From: Octopus vulgaris | Taxonomy: Eukaryota | NCBI GenBank assembly: GCA_951406725.2 | Contig: OX597816.1 | Span: forward strand, 164,672,001-164,736,000 | DNA: 64,000 nucleotides | Reading direction: 5' to 3' | Shown: positions 13,512 to 26,385 of the stretch, one piece after another | Numbering within the stretch: position 1 is the stretch's first letter | Layout of the letters: each line of letters opens with the position of its first letter | Translations under genes and position numbers: made by a program | Notes under the pieces: generated by a model | What the model saw: the letters and a program-made list of their open reading frames with translations, nothing else | What the model was told of the DNA's origin: nothing | Databases searched by the model: none

Positions 13512-13854
13512 CAGCCATGCTGGAGTACCGTTTTAAAGGGTTTTAGTTAAAGAAATCGACCTCGGGACTTCTTTGTAAGCCAAGTACTTATTTTATCGAT
13601 CTCTTTTGCTGGGGACGTAAACACACCAACATCGGTTGTCAAGTGAAGGTGGTGGTGGTGGGGGGAGAAAAACAGACACAAAGACACACACACACATAAA
13701 TATAATCATATATGTACATATATATATATGATGGGCTTCTTTCAGTTTCCGTCTACTAAATCCACTGACAGGGTTTTCGTTGGTCCGAGGCTATAGTAAA
13801 AGGTATTTGCCCAAGTTGCCATGCAGTAGGACTGAACCCGGAACCATGTAGTTG

Positions 13855-14500
13855 TGCTTGTCCATAGATCATAGATTTCCTTCCAGCCAAGTCTACCACC
13901 CAGTTTTACTCGGAAGTCTTGGCCTCGAGTTCTGGGCTTATGTCGAACACCTGCTGTCGCATTCGAGAAGAGTACAACTGTCGAGCGAATCTGAACTTAA
14001 GATCGTTCCGCCGATCTCCCCGAATAGGGAGGAGCGAGCCTGTTTTCTCTCGGTAGTTGCTGTGGCGAAAGAGGTAGTATGGAAGACGAGAGTAAAACGA
14101 ACTGCAACAGGCATGTTCATCTCCAGTCTCGAGCTATTTGATTTTTTCGTTTTCCACATGAAACGGAAAATAAGGCTGGAGAAGAAATGCCTGTCGCAAA
14201 GTGTGTTTCGTAAAAGATGGAAGTCTATAGCAAGTATGTTGCGTGTGAAAGAACCTGTTTAAACGAGAATATAAAAAAGGAGAAAGCAAAGTCTTCAGTG
14301 TGAGTATGTGGTTTGTGGGGTCGATCGTGTCCTCCGCTTCATTTTTTCTAAATCACTCATTCTCATTTAATTGTATATATTTTAATTGTTTGTTTATTCA
14401 TACGTTTCGTCTCATTCGATACCCTGACCCCAATGTTTGTTTTGTCTGTCCTCGTATCTTCCCCACTTTTTCTCAACGTTATGGTGAATAAAGAAATTCT
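13855..14500 (+). mobile_element. L1/Tx1-clade LINE 3' fragment
   Basis: ORF end FLSVVAVAKEVVWKTR..FFVFHMKRKIRLEKKCLSQSVFRKRW resembles the Tx1 ORF2 C-terminus; 3' UTR ends AATAAAGAAAT then (CT)/(CACT)n. Confidence 0.65.
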
Positions 14501-14580
14501 CTCACTCTTTCTCTTTCTCTCACTCACTCATTCATTCACTCATTCACTCACTCACTCTCACTCACTCACTCACTCACTCA

Positions 14581-14614
<34 letters not shown>

Positions 14615-14994
14615 CTCTCTCTCTCTTCGCCCCTTAGTAGTAACAAGGTACTCTTGTTCAGTGCTGTTTTCCCGATGAATCCTACTCAATCAAAGTCGAT
14701 GGAACGGAACAAACAGCGTTTAATTATTGCTCCTTCATGAGAAGAAGCGATATCTAAATATGTTTCCTGATGCTAAATTCTAGCAGCTGGAGCTCATGAT
14801 AAAAGAAATTTAAAATTCTAAACGGTGAAATCGTTAAAAGGGAATATCTGCAACATCAAAGACGGATCCATCACGACATAGCAGCAGAAACGTGATATAG
14901 TGACATAATATTTTTATTTTAAACATATGCACACACAAACGCACGCGCACCACAGAAAAATACATACCACAATCAGAGATATACACACGTCTCT

Positions 14995-15202
14995 TTTACT
15001 CTTTTACTCTTGTACTTGGTTCAGTCATTTGACTATGGCCGTGCTGGAGCACCGCCTTTAGTCAAGTAAATCGATCCCAGGACTTATTCTTTGTAAACCT
15101 AGTACTCATTCTATCGGTCTCTTTTGCCGAACTGCTAAGTTACAGGGATCTAAACACCAGCATTGGTTGTCAAGCGATGCTGGAGGGACAAACACAGACA
15201 TA

Positions 15203-15256
<54 letters not shown>

Positions 15257-15435
15257 CATATATATACATATACGCGACGGGCTTCTTTCAGTTTCCGTCT
15301 ACCAAATCCACTCACAAGACTTTGGTCGGCCCTAAGCTATAGTAGAAGACACTTGCCCAAGGTGCCACGCAGTGGGACTGAACCCGGAACCATGTGGTTC
15401 GTAAGCAAGCTACTTATCACGCACCCGCTCCTACG
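14995..15435 (-). mobile_element. SINE family A, full length
   Basis: Reverse complement of family A with internal (CA)n. Confidence 0.85.
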
Positions 15436-15828
15436 TAAAATATAAAATATTTATTTATACACAAAAATAGGGGTATGTATACATGTATACACATACATGA
15501 ACAAATGCATGGAGGAGGTACTCCAGTGTGACCCCTAGCTGATTCGTTGGTCCAGCGCAGTAGTTTTGACTGGGGAGTAAGACAACGACGTCGAAACACC
15601 TTACACTGGTGACGGGTGAATCATGTGTGTTATGGACACACATGGACTAAAAGAAGGGGACGAAAAACAACACCGATCAGATATTCACACTAGAATCTGC
15701 AAGATCGTATTAGGAGTGCATAGACACGTTATTATTTTTGGTGACTTACGATACAACAAATATTTATTTATACACAAAAATAGGGGTATGTATACATGTA
15801 TACACATACATGAACAAATGACGAGTAC

Positions 15829-16813
15829 AGTCCTCTTGTTCCACCACCCATACATTTTTTATGGAGCGAATTTTACTCACAAAGTTTTCATCAATCCGAG
15901 GTTATTACGCAGTGGGAGCGAACCCGGAACCACATAATTAGCACTGGGCACAACCCATCGCCCATCTTTATACCCAATGACGACCACGTAAACAGTCAAA
16001 TATTAGGAAGTCCGTACGTCATAAACCACTCCTCGGTCCCTGCATGGCCAAAACATTTTAAATCTCAACGACCAAGTCCTCTTGTTCCACCACCCATACA
16101 TTTTTTATGGAGCGAATTTTACTCACAAAGTTTTCATCAATCCGAGGTTATTACGCAGTGGGAGCGAACCCGGAACCACATAATTAGCACTGGGCACAAC
16201 CCATCGCCCATCTTTATACCCAATGACGACCACGTAAGCAGTCAAATAGTAGGAAGTCCGTACGTCATAAACCACTCCTCGGTCCCTGCATGGCCAAAAC
16301 ATTTTAAATCTCAACGACCAAGTCCTCTTGTTCCACCACCCATACATTTTTTATGGAGCGAATTTTACTCACAAAGTTTTCATCAATCCGAGGTTATTAC
16401 GCAGTGGGAGCGAACCCGGAACCACATAATTAGCACTGGGCACAACCCATCGCCCATCTTTATACCCAATGACGACCACGTAAGCAGTCAAATAGTAGGA
16501 AGTCCGTACGTCATAAACCACTCCTCGGTCCCTGCATGGCCAAAACATTTTAAATCTCAACGACCAAGTCCTCTTGTTCCACCACCCATACATTTTTTTA
16601 TGGAGCGAATTTTACTCACAAAGTTTTCATCAATCCGAGGTTATTACGCAGTGGGAGCGAACTCGGAACCACATGATTAGCACTGGGCACAAGACATCGC
16701 CCATCTTTGCACCCAATGACGATCACGTAAGTAGTCAAGTAGTAGGAAGTCCGTACGTCATAAACCACTCCTCGGTCCCTGCATGGCCAAAACATTTAAA
16801 ATCTCAACGACCA
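15829..16813. repeat. 246 bp tandem repeat, 4 copies
   Basis: agtcctcttgttccaccacc recurs at 15829, 16075, 16321 and 16567; units nearly identical. Confidence 0.95.
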
Positions 16814-17189
16814 TACCTATTTCAACAGAGAATAAACAGCAAATATTTTAAACACACGGTCATGTATATATACAGTACTGGATTTAACTACAATCTACAT
16901 TATACTACCAAACAGCCGTCGATTCTGCTCGTAATGGCTTGCCAGGGTTAGATTACAAACTGCATATAAGGTTGTGACATAAATATCTGGCATATCAAGG
17001 TCGCCGTCGTTGTTCCGTGCATTCAGTGCAATATACTTAATTCAGAAAACACTGGTTTGTGTAATACGAGGAAAGTACTTAGACGTATATTTTGGCACTG
17101 CCATTAATTAATTAATAATAATATTAATATTTATAATGATGATGATAACAACAACAACAATAATAATAATAATAATAATCATAATAATA

Positions 17190-17400
17190 ATTGGTGCACT
17201 TGGCACACGACAATTATTTCTGTGGTAATTGGTGCACATGGCACGACATCTAAACTAAGAGATTGAAAGATGTTGCAATTGAGACTCGCATTGTCGACCT
17301 CCAGAAAAGTGCAATCCTGTATTCTACAAGAGTTCTAAGAAAGGTCTTGAGATTTGTGGAGATTTGTTGTCACCAAACCCCAGGATAACTTGCCTGCAAA
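17190..17400 (+). mobile_element. R4/Dong-type (RLE) LINE 3' fragment
   Basis: VVIGAHGTT..ETRIVDLQKSAILYSTRVLRKVLRF-like C-terminus, preceded by (AAT)n. Confidence 0.7.
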
Positions 17401-17949
17401 CAAATTTGCACATAATAGTGATGATGATGATGATGATGATGTTACAGGTTTTGTTTTGGTATAAAAGATGGCCTACAGCAAATATTCTGCTCAATATCAC
17501 AGATTTGCTGGTCAGTTGCTTGACCTTAACCAACTGAGCATGTCCCTTGGTGGCTGACGACATGAGCATTTCTGATCACAAACGGAAATAGCGGGCGAGC
17601 ATCATAGCTATGTGTTGAAAGGAATTCTTTGAGGGGTTTGGATAATTTACCTTTGGAAACATGGGTGTTTCGTTCAACCCTTATTCAGAGCAACCCTTAT
17701 TCAGAGACCTTTTAAGCGTGATGGCCTACTAAGATGCCCTGATGCAGTGCCAAGCAGTGGCGTTAATGGCTCCTGATCGTCACTGATTGGAAGTGTTATC
17801 ATGTACAATATTTTGTCTTGGTATAATATATGGGCTATAACAAACATTCTTCTCAATACCACAGATTTTCTTGTCAGTTGCTTGACCATAACCAGTTGGG
17901 CATGTCCCTCGGTGGTTGACAACATGTGCATCTCTGATCACAAGCAATA

Positions 17950-18215
17950 GTAGCGCGAAAAAATACGAAAAAAATTAAGAAATATCAGAATTTAGACAGA
18001 AAGCTGGAGATATTGTGGAAAACTAAGAAAAAAATTCATGTGCTAATTGGTGCATTTGATACAACATCCAAAATTCCACCTAAAAGACTGAAAGATATTT
18101 AAGGTGAGACTCGTACTGTCGATCTGCAGAAAACTACAAGTATATATTCTGCAAGAATCGTAAGAAAGATTCTTCAGATTTGAGGAACTTGTCACCAAAA
18201 CTCAAGATAACATTC
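17950..18215 (+). mobile_element. R4/Dong-type (RLE) LINE 3' fragment
   Basis: Degenerate KKYQNL..LWKTK..VLIGAFDTT..VDLQKT..ARIVRKIL; second copy of 17190-17400. Confidence 0.65.
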
Positions 18216-18404
18216 CTCCTAATTAAATTAGTTTGGTAATTATAATGATCCTCCCCCCCCCCTAATTTTGGCACAAGATCAGCTGTTTTGATACATCCCA
18301 GTTCTCGACTGCTACTATTTTTTCGACCCCGAAAGGATGAAAAGCGAAGTCAACCTCGGTGGAATTTTAACTCAGAACGTAAAGACGGACGAAAAGCTGA
18401 GTGT

Positions 18405-18448
<44 letters not shown>

Positions 18449-18999
18449 CTTTGTGTTTGTTCGTCCATCTCTAAACAACCGTCACTGGTTTGTTCACTTA
18501 GCATTTCAGCAAAAGAGAACCACCAGACCTTCAAGTGAATGCCCCAGTATGGCCGCAATCCAATGACTGAACCAAGTACTAGATAAAAAGATCTTGCTGC
18601 TGATTAGCCTCCTGTAATGAGGGGAGAAGATGAAAAAGAAAAGATTTTACCGCTGGATCATTGTATCTGGCTAATTAACAAAGATTGTAGACGGATTATC
18701 ATTAAAAAAGCATTAGGGATGGGTGAGCTAGTTGATGAATTAGGGGTTCACAAAGAATTTAAGTCGGGCCAGGTGGCTAACATTGTTGAGTGTTAATTAA
18801 TCAGGGTGGATGGCGTGAAAATGTGACATGTTTAAGCCCTGACCAAAACTATTCTGTCACTGGAGATTATAAACGCAGATTGTTTGGCTTTTCTGTTTTG
18901 ATTGTCATTCGCTGTAGTCAGTCAAACTGACATTATACATGCGCCAGGCCTGTTGACCGAGATGATTAACACACGACAAAGAAACAAAAATATATTTGT

Positions 19000-19032
<33 letters not shown>

Positions 19033-19150
19033 TGTGTGAGTGTGTTATATGTGTCATACATACTGACCGTATTTTATACTTGTATGTCACTTTTATATAG
19101 TTAGAAATATAACTATATACTAGATAGGAATAATTAGACTAACTGCTTAG

Positions 19151-19186
<36 letters not shown>

Positions 19187-20531
19187 ATATATTTATACAC
19201 GTGAGTATATAGTAAATATACATACGAAGGTAGCGAGCTGGCTGAATCGTTAGCACGCTTGATGAATTTACTTAGCGGTATTTCGCCTGTCGCTACCTTG
19301 TGAGTTCAAATTCCATCGACTTTGCTTTTCGTCCTTTCGGGGTCGATAAATTAAGTACCAGTAAAACACTGGGATCGATGTAATCGATTATCCACTTCCC
19401 CAAATTTCAGACCTTGTTTTGTTTTGTTTGTTTCTTCTCGAGCCACGCCTGGCTCATTACCGGTTTCATTGGCGTAAAGGTTCCCCACCTGGACGGCACG
19501 CGGTCCGTCGCAGGTGAGCTGCGAGATGCAGGAGGAAATAGTGAGAGAAAGTTGTGGCGAAAGAGTCATCAGAAGTTCGCCATTACCTTCTGCCGGAGCC
19601 GCATGGTGCTTAGGAGTTTCGCTCATAAACACAGATATCGCCCGGTCTGAGATTCGAACCCGCGATCCCCCGACCGCTGCTCTAACCACTAGGCCATGTG
19701 CCTCCACTGTACCTATAGTAGAAAGGTTTATTGTTAGTCAAATGAAAAGCAGCGAACTGGCAACATTGTTAACATGCCGTATAAAATGATTAGCGGCATT
19801 TCAACTGCCGCTACATTCTGAGTTCAAATTCCGCCGAGGTCGACTTTGCCTTTCATCCTTTCGGGGTCGATTAAATAAGTACCAGTTACGCACTGGGGTC
19901 AAAGTAATCGACTTAATCCGTTTGTCTGTCCTTGTTTGTCCTCTGTGTTTAGCCCCTTGTGGGTAGTAAAGAAATAGGTATTTCGTCTGTCTTTACGTTC
20001 TAAGTTCAAATACTACGGAGAGCAACTTTGTCTTTCATCTTTTTGGGGTAGATTAAAATAAGTACCCGTTGAACACTGGTGTCGGTGTGAACTTGAAATC
20101 CGTATCGTTAACACTCAGGATAAAACGCGTAACAGCATTTCATCTGACTTTACGTTCTGAGTTCAAATGCTCTCGAGGTCGATTTTGCCTTTCGGGGGTT
20201 GATGATATAAGAACTAGGTTTAGCAGGCCTTTAGTAGGAAGGATTAATAGTGAAATGGTCTGTTATTTAATCATGTGACTAACCGATTGCTTGCTTAATC
20301 ACTCGGTTAATCACTCAATCAGGATTTTCTAAGTCCTTTCGTCAGCATTTGCGCCCTCATCAATCACAATGACCTTTCTACCCCAGGTTGGAGTAGAGAG
20401 AGCATGTCATTGAAGAGGTCGTCAAATGGCGACGAAAGGACTTTGACAAAGCTAACTGACTGATCGGCCGAACTATTGATCAACCAGTCGATTAGTTAAC
20501 TGGTTAAATGTTATCGAATTGACTAATAATG

Positions 20532-20597
<66 letters not shown>

Positions 20598-22034
20598 GAA
20601 GTGAAATGGAACCAGTGAGTGTGTTTATTATTGGCATGAGGACCCTCCCGAGATAAAGCAAAATCTGTTTCAACACACGAATTTACACCAATAATCTTGC
20701 AAAGCAAAATCAAAAACAGAACATTTGGTGTTTTTATACATGAAGGAAAGCACACTATTTTGCAACGATCGACATTGTTAAGGGGCTTCTTTTTCTATTT
20801 ATTAGGCAGCAGAGAGGCTATAAAACACGTAATGAGATTTGATTTCTCAAGTGTTTCCTGTTTCTGCTTTTAAAACCACTTCATATTTTTAAGTGATATT
20901 ATATCGGTAAGTTTTCACTGTTATTATTTTTAAACACTTGCCAACATTTCTATTTTGGGCGATCAGTTCTAATGTATGTTTTCCATCCATTTTAAAGCGA
21001 AAGAATAAATTGAATAAATGCATATATAAATAAATCATTTAAATGCGTAAATAAATGATAATTGTGCATTTATTTCTTTACTGTGCAATCTTTAAACACC
21101 GAAGTAATTACAGAAGCAACGAGCAATGATTTTTAACCGAGTGGCTGATTTTAGCTTCGCGTGAAAAACAGTTCTTGAGGTTACTAGCTATTGTCAAAAT
21201 GGTTGTAGGAAGTCGGCAATTTCCGGTCAATTGTGAAACGGATATTGAGAAAGAATGAGCTTGAGGAGAAGTTGGGGGTGGGGTGGGGGGAAATGTGTGG
21301 CGAATTGAATGAAAGAACGAGTGAATGAAAGGCGAAGGTAGAGATGCAGTGAATTGAGGTGAAAATAGTAACATAATGGAACAGATAAAGAATAATAAAT
21401 GGAGAGTAAGAGAGACAAAGAAGGAGATAGAATGAAAAAGGAAAGAAAACAAAGGAAAATGAATGAAAGAAAGAAAGAAAGAAAGAAAAGAAAAGAAGCA
21501 AATGTGAAAAACAGGAAAAGAAAATGGTGGAAGAGATGGGGTACAAAGCTTCAAGGAAACTGAAGCTGTAATAAACATCAAAAATATAGTTTTTGAGAGG
21601 ATCGTCTGGTGGAAGAAAGAAACATGTAAACGCAGTACTTAGTATCAATATGGCTCTTACTTCCGGTTCCACATAAATGTGAGGATTTGGGGTTTAAAGA
21701 TCTGTAAAAGGCACAAATTTTCCGGGAAGGGATAAAGTAAACTAAGCTGGCCCTTCTACATGGTTATTATTTATTTCAACTCAAAATGTACCCTTTATCT
21801 TTTACCTGCTTCACTCTTTGGACTGCGGCCATGCTGGAGCACGCCTTGAAGAATTTAGTCGAACAAGTCGATAAAGTTCTTGCTTCTGAACTTGGCACTT
21901 ATTCTATCGGTTTCTTTTTGCCGAACCGTTGACTTACGGCGATGTAAGCAAACCGACACCGGCTGTCAAATAGACTATAATTTTGATATTTTTCTGCAAT
22001 ATCCAGTCTATTAGCTGTGAGTGCTCAAATTATT

Positions 22035-22100
<66 letters not shown>

Positions 22101-22101
<1 letters not shown>

Positions 22102-22493
22102 GGCGGCGAATTGGCAGAATCGTTAGCACGCCGGGCGAAATGCTCAGCGGTATTTCGTCTGCGTTACGTTGTGAGTTCAAATTCCGCCGAGGTCGACTTT
22201 GCCTTTCATCCTTTAGGGGTCGATAAATTAAGTACCAGTTACGCACTGGGGTCGATGTAATCGACTTAATACCTATGTCTGTCCTTGTTTGTCCACTCTA
22301 TGTTTAGCCCCTTGTGGGTAATAAAGAAATAGGTATTTCGTCTGCCGCTACGTTCTCAGTTCAAATTCCGCCGAGGTCGACTTTGCCTTTCATCCTTTCG
22401 GGGTCGATTAAATAAGTACCAGTTACTTACTGGGGTCGATATAATCGACTTAATCCCTCCTCCCAAAGTTCAGGCCTTGTGCCTATAGTAGAA
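22101..22493 (+). mobile_element. SINE family B, dimeric
   Basis: AGGCGGCGAATTGGCAGAATCGTTAGCACG head; core repeated twice; tail TAGCCCCTTGTGGGTAATAAAGAAAT. Confidence 0.85.
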
Positions 22494-22511
22494 ATTATTA
22501 TTATTATTATT

Positions 22512-22550
<39 letters not shown>

Positions 22551-22601
22551 ATTTTTCTTCTTCTTCTTCTGCTTGTTGTTGTTGTTGTTGTTGTTGTTAT
22601 T

Positions 22602-22693
<92 letters not shown>

Positions 22694-23603
22694 CATCATC
22701 ATCATTGAGTGAGAGAGCAGTGCATGCCATCAAAGTAACACTGGGGTAAAATATCCGAAGTCCAGTGTATCCATCATGACTACCCGTCTGATAAGGGTGC
22801 ACCAGGCAAATGCATCACAATAGTATGTGAGCGGCATGGTGATCTCATTTCAAAATAAACAGCGCATGACCTTAAAGGTGGGGCCCAGTTAGAATTTTCT
22901 TCAAGTCGAGAAACCCGTTCCATTCACAAGGTCGCTGAAGAAAAGGGTTGTTTAAGGATGATGAACGAAACACCCATGTTTTCAGGGGTGAATTATCCAA
23001 ACTCTAAAGAATTCCTCTCAACGCATGGCTATGATGCTCCGATCATCATCATCATCATCATCATCATTAATATTAATATCATTTGTAGTTAATAGCGGTT
23101 CTGATGCTTTTACAAGAGCTTTTAAACATCTACCCCATTACCAAGGATCTGTATGATGAAGTAGTCCTTCAAAGACTGTCTTTTAGACGTTTATCTGTTA
23201 TTGGCTCAAAAGAATAAAACAAAAGAGAATAAGAAAAAAGCGGTTTATTTACACGTAATGTAATGTGGCTTCTTCGATAGCGGTGAGATGTAGTTACCAC
23301 GAGTAGCTTAGATCATCTATTTCTTAAGGAAAACGAAAATCAAAAATAAAAAGACAACAACCCGAAAAAAGCCCTCAACGGTAGCAGGAGTGGCTGCGTG
23401 GCAAGAAGTTTGCTTCACAATTACATGGTTTAGGGTTCGGTCCCACTGCGTGGCACCTTGAGCAAGTGTCTTCTACTATAGCATCGGGTCGACCACAGCC
23501 TTGTGAGTGAAAACTCGTGAGAAAGAAAACTGAAGGAAGCCGCTCCTGTTCATATGCATGCATGTATACACACACACAAACGATTATTATTATTATTATT
23601 ATT

Positions 23604-24115
23604 GAGTGAGAGAGCAGTGCATGCCATCAAAGTGACACTGGGGTAAAATATACGAAGCCCAATATACCCATCATGACTACCCGTCTGATAAAGGTACACC
23701 AGGCACATGCATCACAACCATATGTGCGCGACATGGTGATCTCATATCAAGATAAACAGCACATGACCTTGCAGGTGGGGCCCAGTTAGAATTTTCTTCA
23801 GGTTGAGTAGCCCATCCCGCTCAAAAGGTCCCTGAATAAGGGTTGTTTAAGGATGTTGAAAGAACCACCCATGTTTCCAGAGGTGAATTATTCAAACCCC
23901 AAAGAATCCCTCTCAACACATGGCTATGATGCTCCCCCACTACTTCTGCTCGTGATCAGAGATGCACATATCGTCAGCCACTAAGGGACATGCTCAACTG
24001 GTTAAGGTCAAACAACAGACAAGCAAATCTGTGGTATTGAGCAGAATTTTTGCTGTAGCCCATCTTTTATACCAAGACAAAACAATGTACATGATAACAC
24101 TTGCAATCAGTTAAG

Positions 24116-24117
<2 letters not shown>
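23604..24117 (-). mobile_element. Non-coding repeat family flanked by (AAT)n
   Basis: Homologous to 22707-23040, 24188-24234, 39478-40030, 17443-17945 and 62536-62870; conserved end CTCTCTCACTC abuts AAT. Confidence 0.8.
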
Positions 24118-24187
<70 letters not shown>

Positions 24188-24292
24188 GAGTGAGAGAGCA
24201 GTGCATGCCATGAAAGTAACACTGGGGTAAAATACTGTTGGTGATTTTTTTTTTCTACTTTTTACATTTCCTTTGGACTTTCCTATGATTCC

Positions 24293-24329
24293 TGTTTCCG
24301 AAGAAGAGCTTTTTTCGAAACGTTAAACA
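24293..24329 (+). ncRNA. Minimal type I hammerhead (core variant CCGAAGA)
   Basis: UGUUU-CCGAAGA-A-GAG..UUC-GAAA-CG-UU-AAACA. Confidence 0.55.
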
Positions 24330-24838
24330 ACTACTCTTTTCATTCTTTGAGCGTCGTATTAATACATTAGATATGCTACGTCTTCACGCGGTTGTTTTTT
24401 TCCTTGTCTTTTTCTCCGTTTTATTAATTATCGTTGCAAAAGTGTTGTAAGTCCAAAACGTTGATTTTTCAGAAAACGAAAAAAATAGTTTCACCATTCC
24501 ATTTCTTTTTACATTGGCAACAGTTTCAGCTGAACAATAATACTTTGTTGGGTGCATAAAATCGTATCTCCATGCATGTAGGATACTTTCAGTCAGAAAT
24601 ATTTTTGAAAACTCTCGTATGTGGGACTAACTACACTTTTGAAAAATGCTAAAACATTGTACTACATTTTGACAATTTTCATCAGAAGCCGTTGGAAATA
24701 TGATAGCTTGACCAAAAGAACCGGCTATTGCCAGCAAAATTAAATATTGAAAAAAAAAGCATGTGGCGAGTTTTGGACATACGACAGTTTAACATAATAG
24801 CAACGATATATATATATATATATATGTGTATTATATGT

Positions 24839-25150
24839 GGAGGCGCAATGGCCTAGTGGTTAGGGCAGCGGATTCGCGGTCGTAGGATCGCGGTTTCGAT
24901 TCCCAGACCGGGCGTTGTGAGTTTTTATTGAGCGAAAACACCTAAAGCTCCACGAGGCTCCGGCAGTGGGGTGGTTGCGATCCCTGCTGTACTCTTTCGC
25001 CACAACTTTCTCTCACTCTTTCTTCTGTTGGCCTGCTCGCTTAGCCAGCGGGGTGGCGTCATTTGAAAGCTAAAACAATGCGAAGCGCATTGTGACCAGC
25101 GATGTGTAACAACATCTGATGGCCTGGTCGGTCACGGTGATCACGGTGAT
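24839..25150 (+). mobile_element. SINE family C (GGAGGCGCAATGGCC head), short tail
   Basis: A box TGGCCTAGTGG, B box GTTTCGATTCC; ends GGTCACGGTGATCACGGTGA. Confidence 0.85.
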
Positions 25151-25922
25151 ATATATATATAAGTGTATGAGTATGTATGTTTTTATGTCTGTTTGACCCC
25201 ATTACTGCTGGTATGTTTACGCCTCCGTAACTTAGCGATTCGGCAAAAGAGATCCGATGAATTAGGTACCGGGCTTTACCAACAAAATAACAAGTACTGG
25301 GGTTGATGTTGTTCAACTAAAACTCTTCAAGGCGGTGCACCAGCCTGGCCGCAGTCTAATGAGTGAAACAATTAAAAGAAGGATAACAAAGCGGATTATC
25401 TATAACGTTAATAGCGATCGCAACGATTTTGCTAGCGTTGCTAGACAAAGGGAGAATCTCGATTTAGGTCGGATCTCAGGAAAGAAAAGGAAATTGGAGA
25501 AGACCGTGTAATCATTAAATCTGAACTAATTATGAAAGTAACAAACAATGTTTGTTTTTTGTTTTGTTTCTTAATTGATTGGATAATTTTTGCTTCGCGT
25601 GAAAAAAACAATGCCAGACAAGATTTTAACCTGTTGTTGAAATAGCTGTAGGAACTCGGCAATTTCCGGTCATTTGTAAAACCGGATGTTCAGAATGAGC
25701 TCGAGGCGAAGTTGTCGGGGAAGAATGAGTGGTGGAATGAGAGAATGAATGAATGAATGAAAATAGATATGGAATGAATATCTCCTATGACACTGGAGTA
25801 CATCGCAGAGCAGCTAGGAAGATGAGGAGAGGAGGATGAGGATGAGCCGGAAAAGGAGAAGTTAATGGTAAAGAAGATAAAAATGGTGATCATCATCGTC
25901 ATCATCATCCTCTCATCATAAT

Positions 25923-26035
25923 GAAGAAGAAGAAGAAGAAGAAGAAGAAGAAGAAGAAGAAGAAGAAGAAGAAGAAGAAGAAGAAGAAGAAGAAGAAGAA
26001 GAAGAAGAAGAAGAAGAAGAAGAAGAAGAAGAAGC
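25923..26035. repeat. (GAA)n microsatellite
   Basis: Pure trinucleotide run; a similar (TTC)n lies at 62218-62395. Confidence 0.95.
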
Positions 26036-26385
26036 AACGATAAGAATATATAAGTCAGTGTTTCTCAATTTTTACCCTTGTGTAACCCTTAAAATAAATT
26101 GCATGCCTCAAGGAACCTCTGCACAAGAAAAAAAATTATATACCATATTTTTCTCATTTTTTTCCATTGTAGTTCATGTGGTAAATATCATATCATATAT
26201 ATAGTTAGAATTTTCAATATATATATATATATATTTGTTGAAATGGAAAAATGAATTTTCTTGTTACGGATTATTCAAAAGTTTAACCGATACCTGGGTA
26301 GCAAAAATCACAGCAGAAAAAACACGGTTGGAGATAAGACCATATGGTGTTGCAACCGTGCGTTGGTGCGGATAATTGAAGTTTA

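Noticed and set aside
16123-16593. Two identical 74 aa ORFs
   Set aside because: By-product of the 246 bp satellite.
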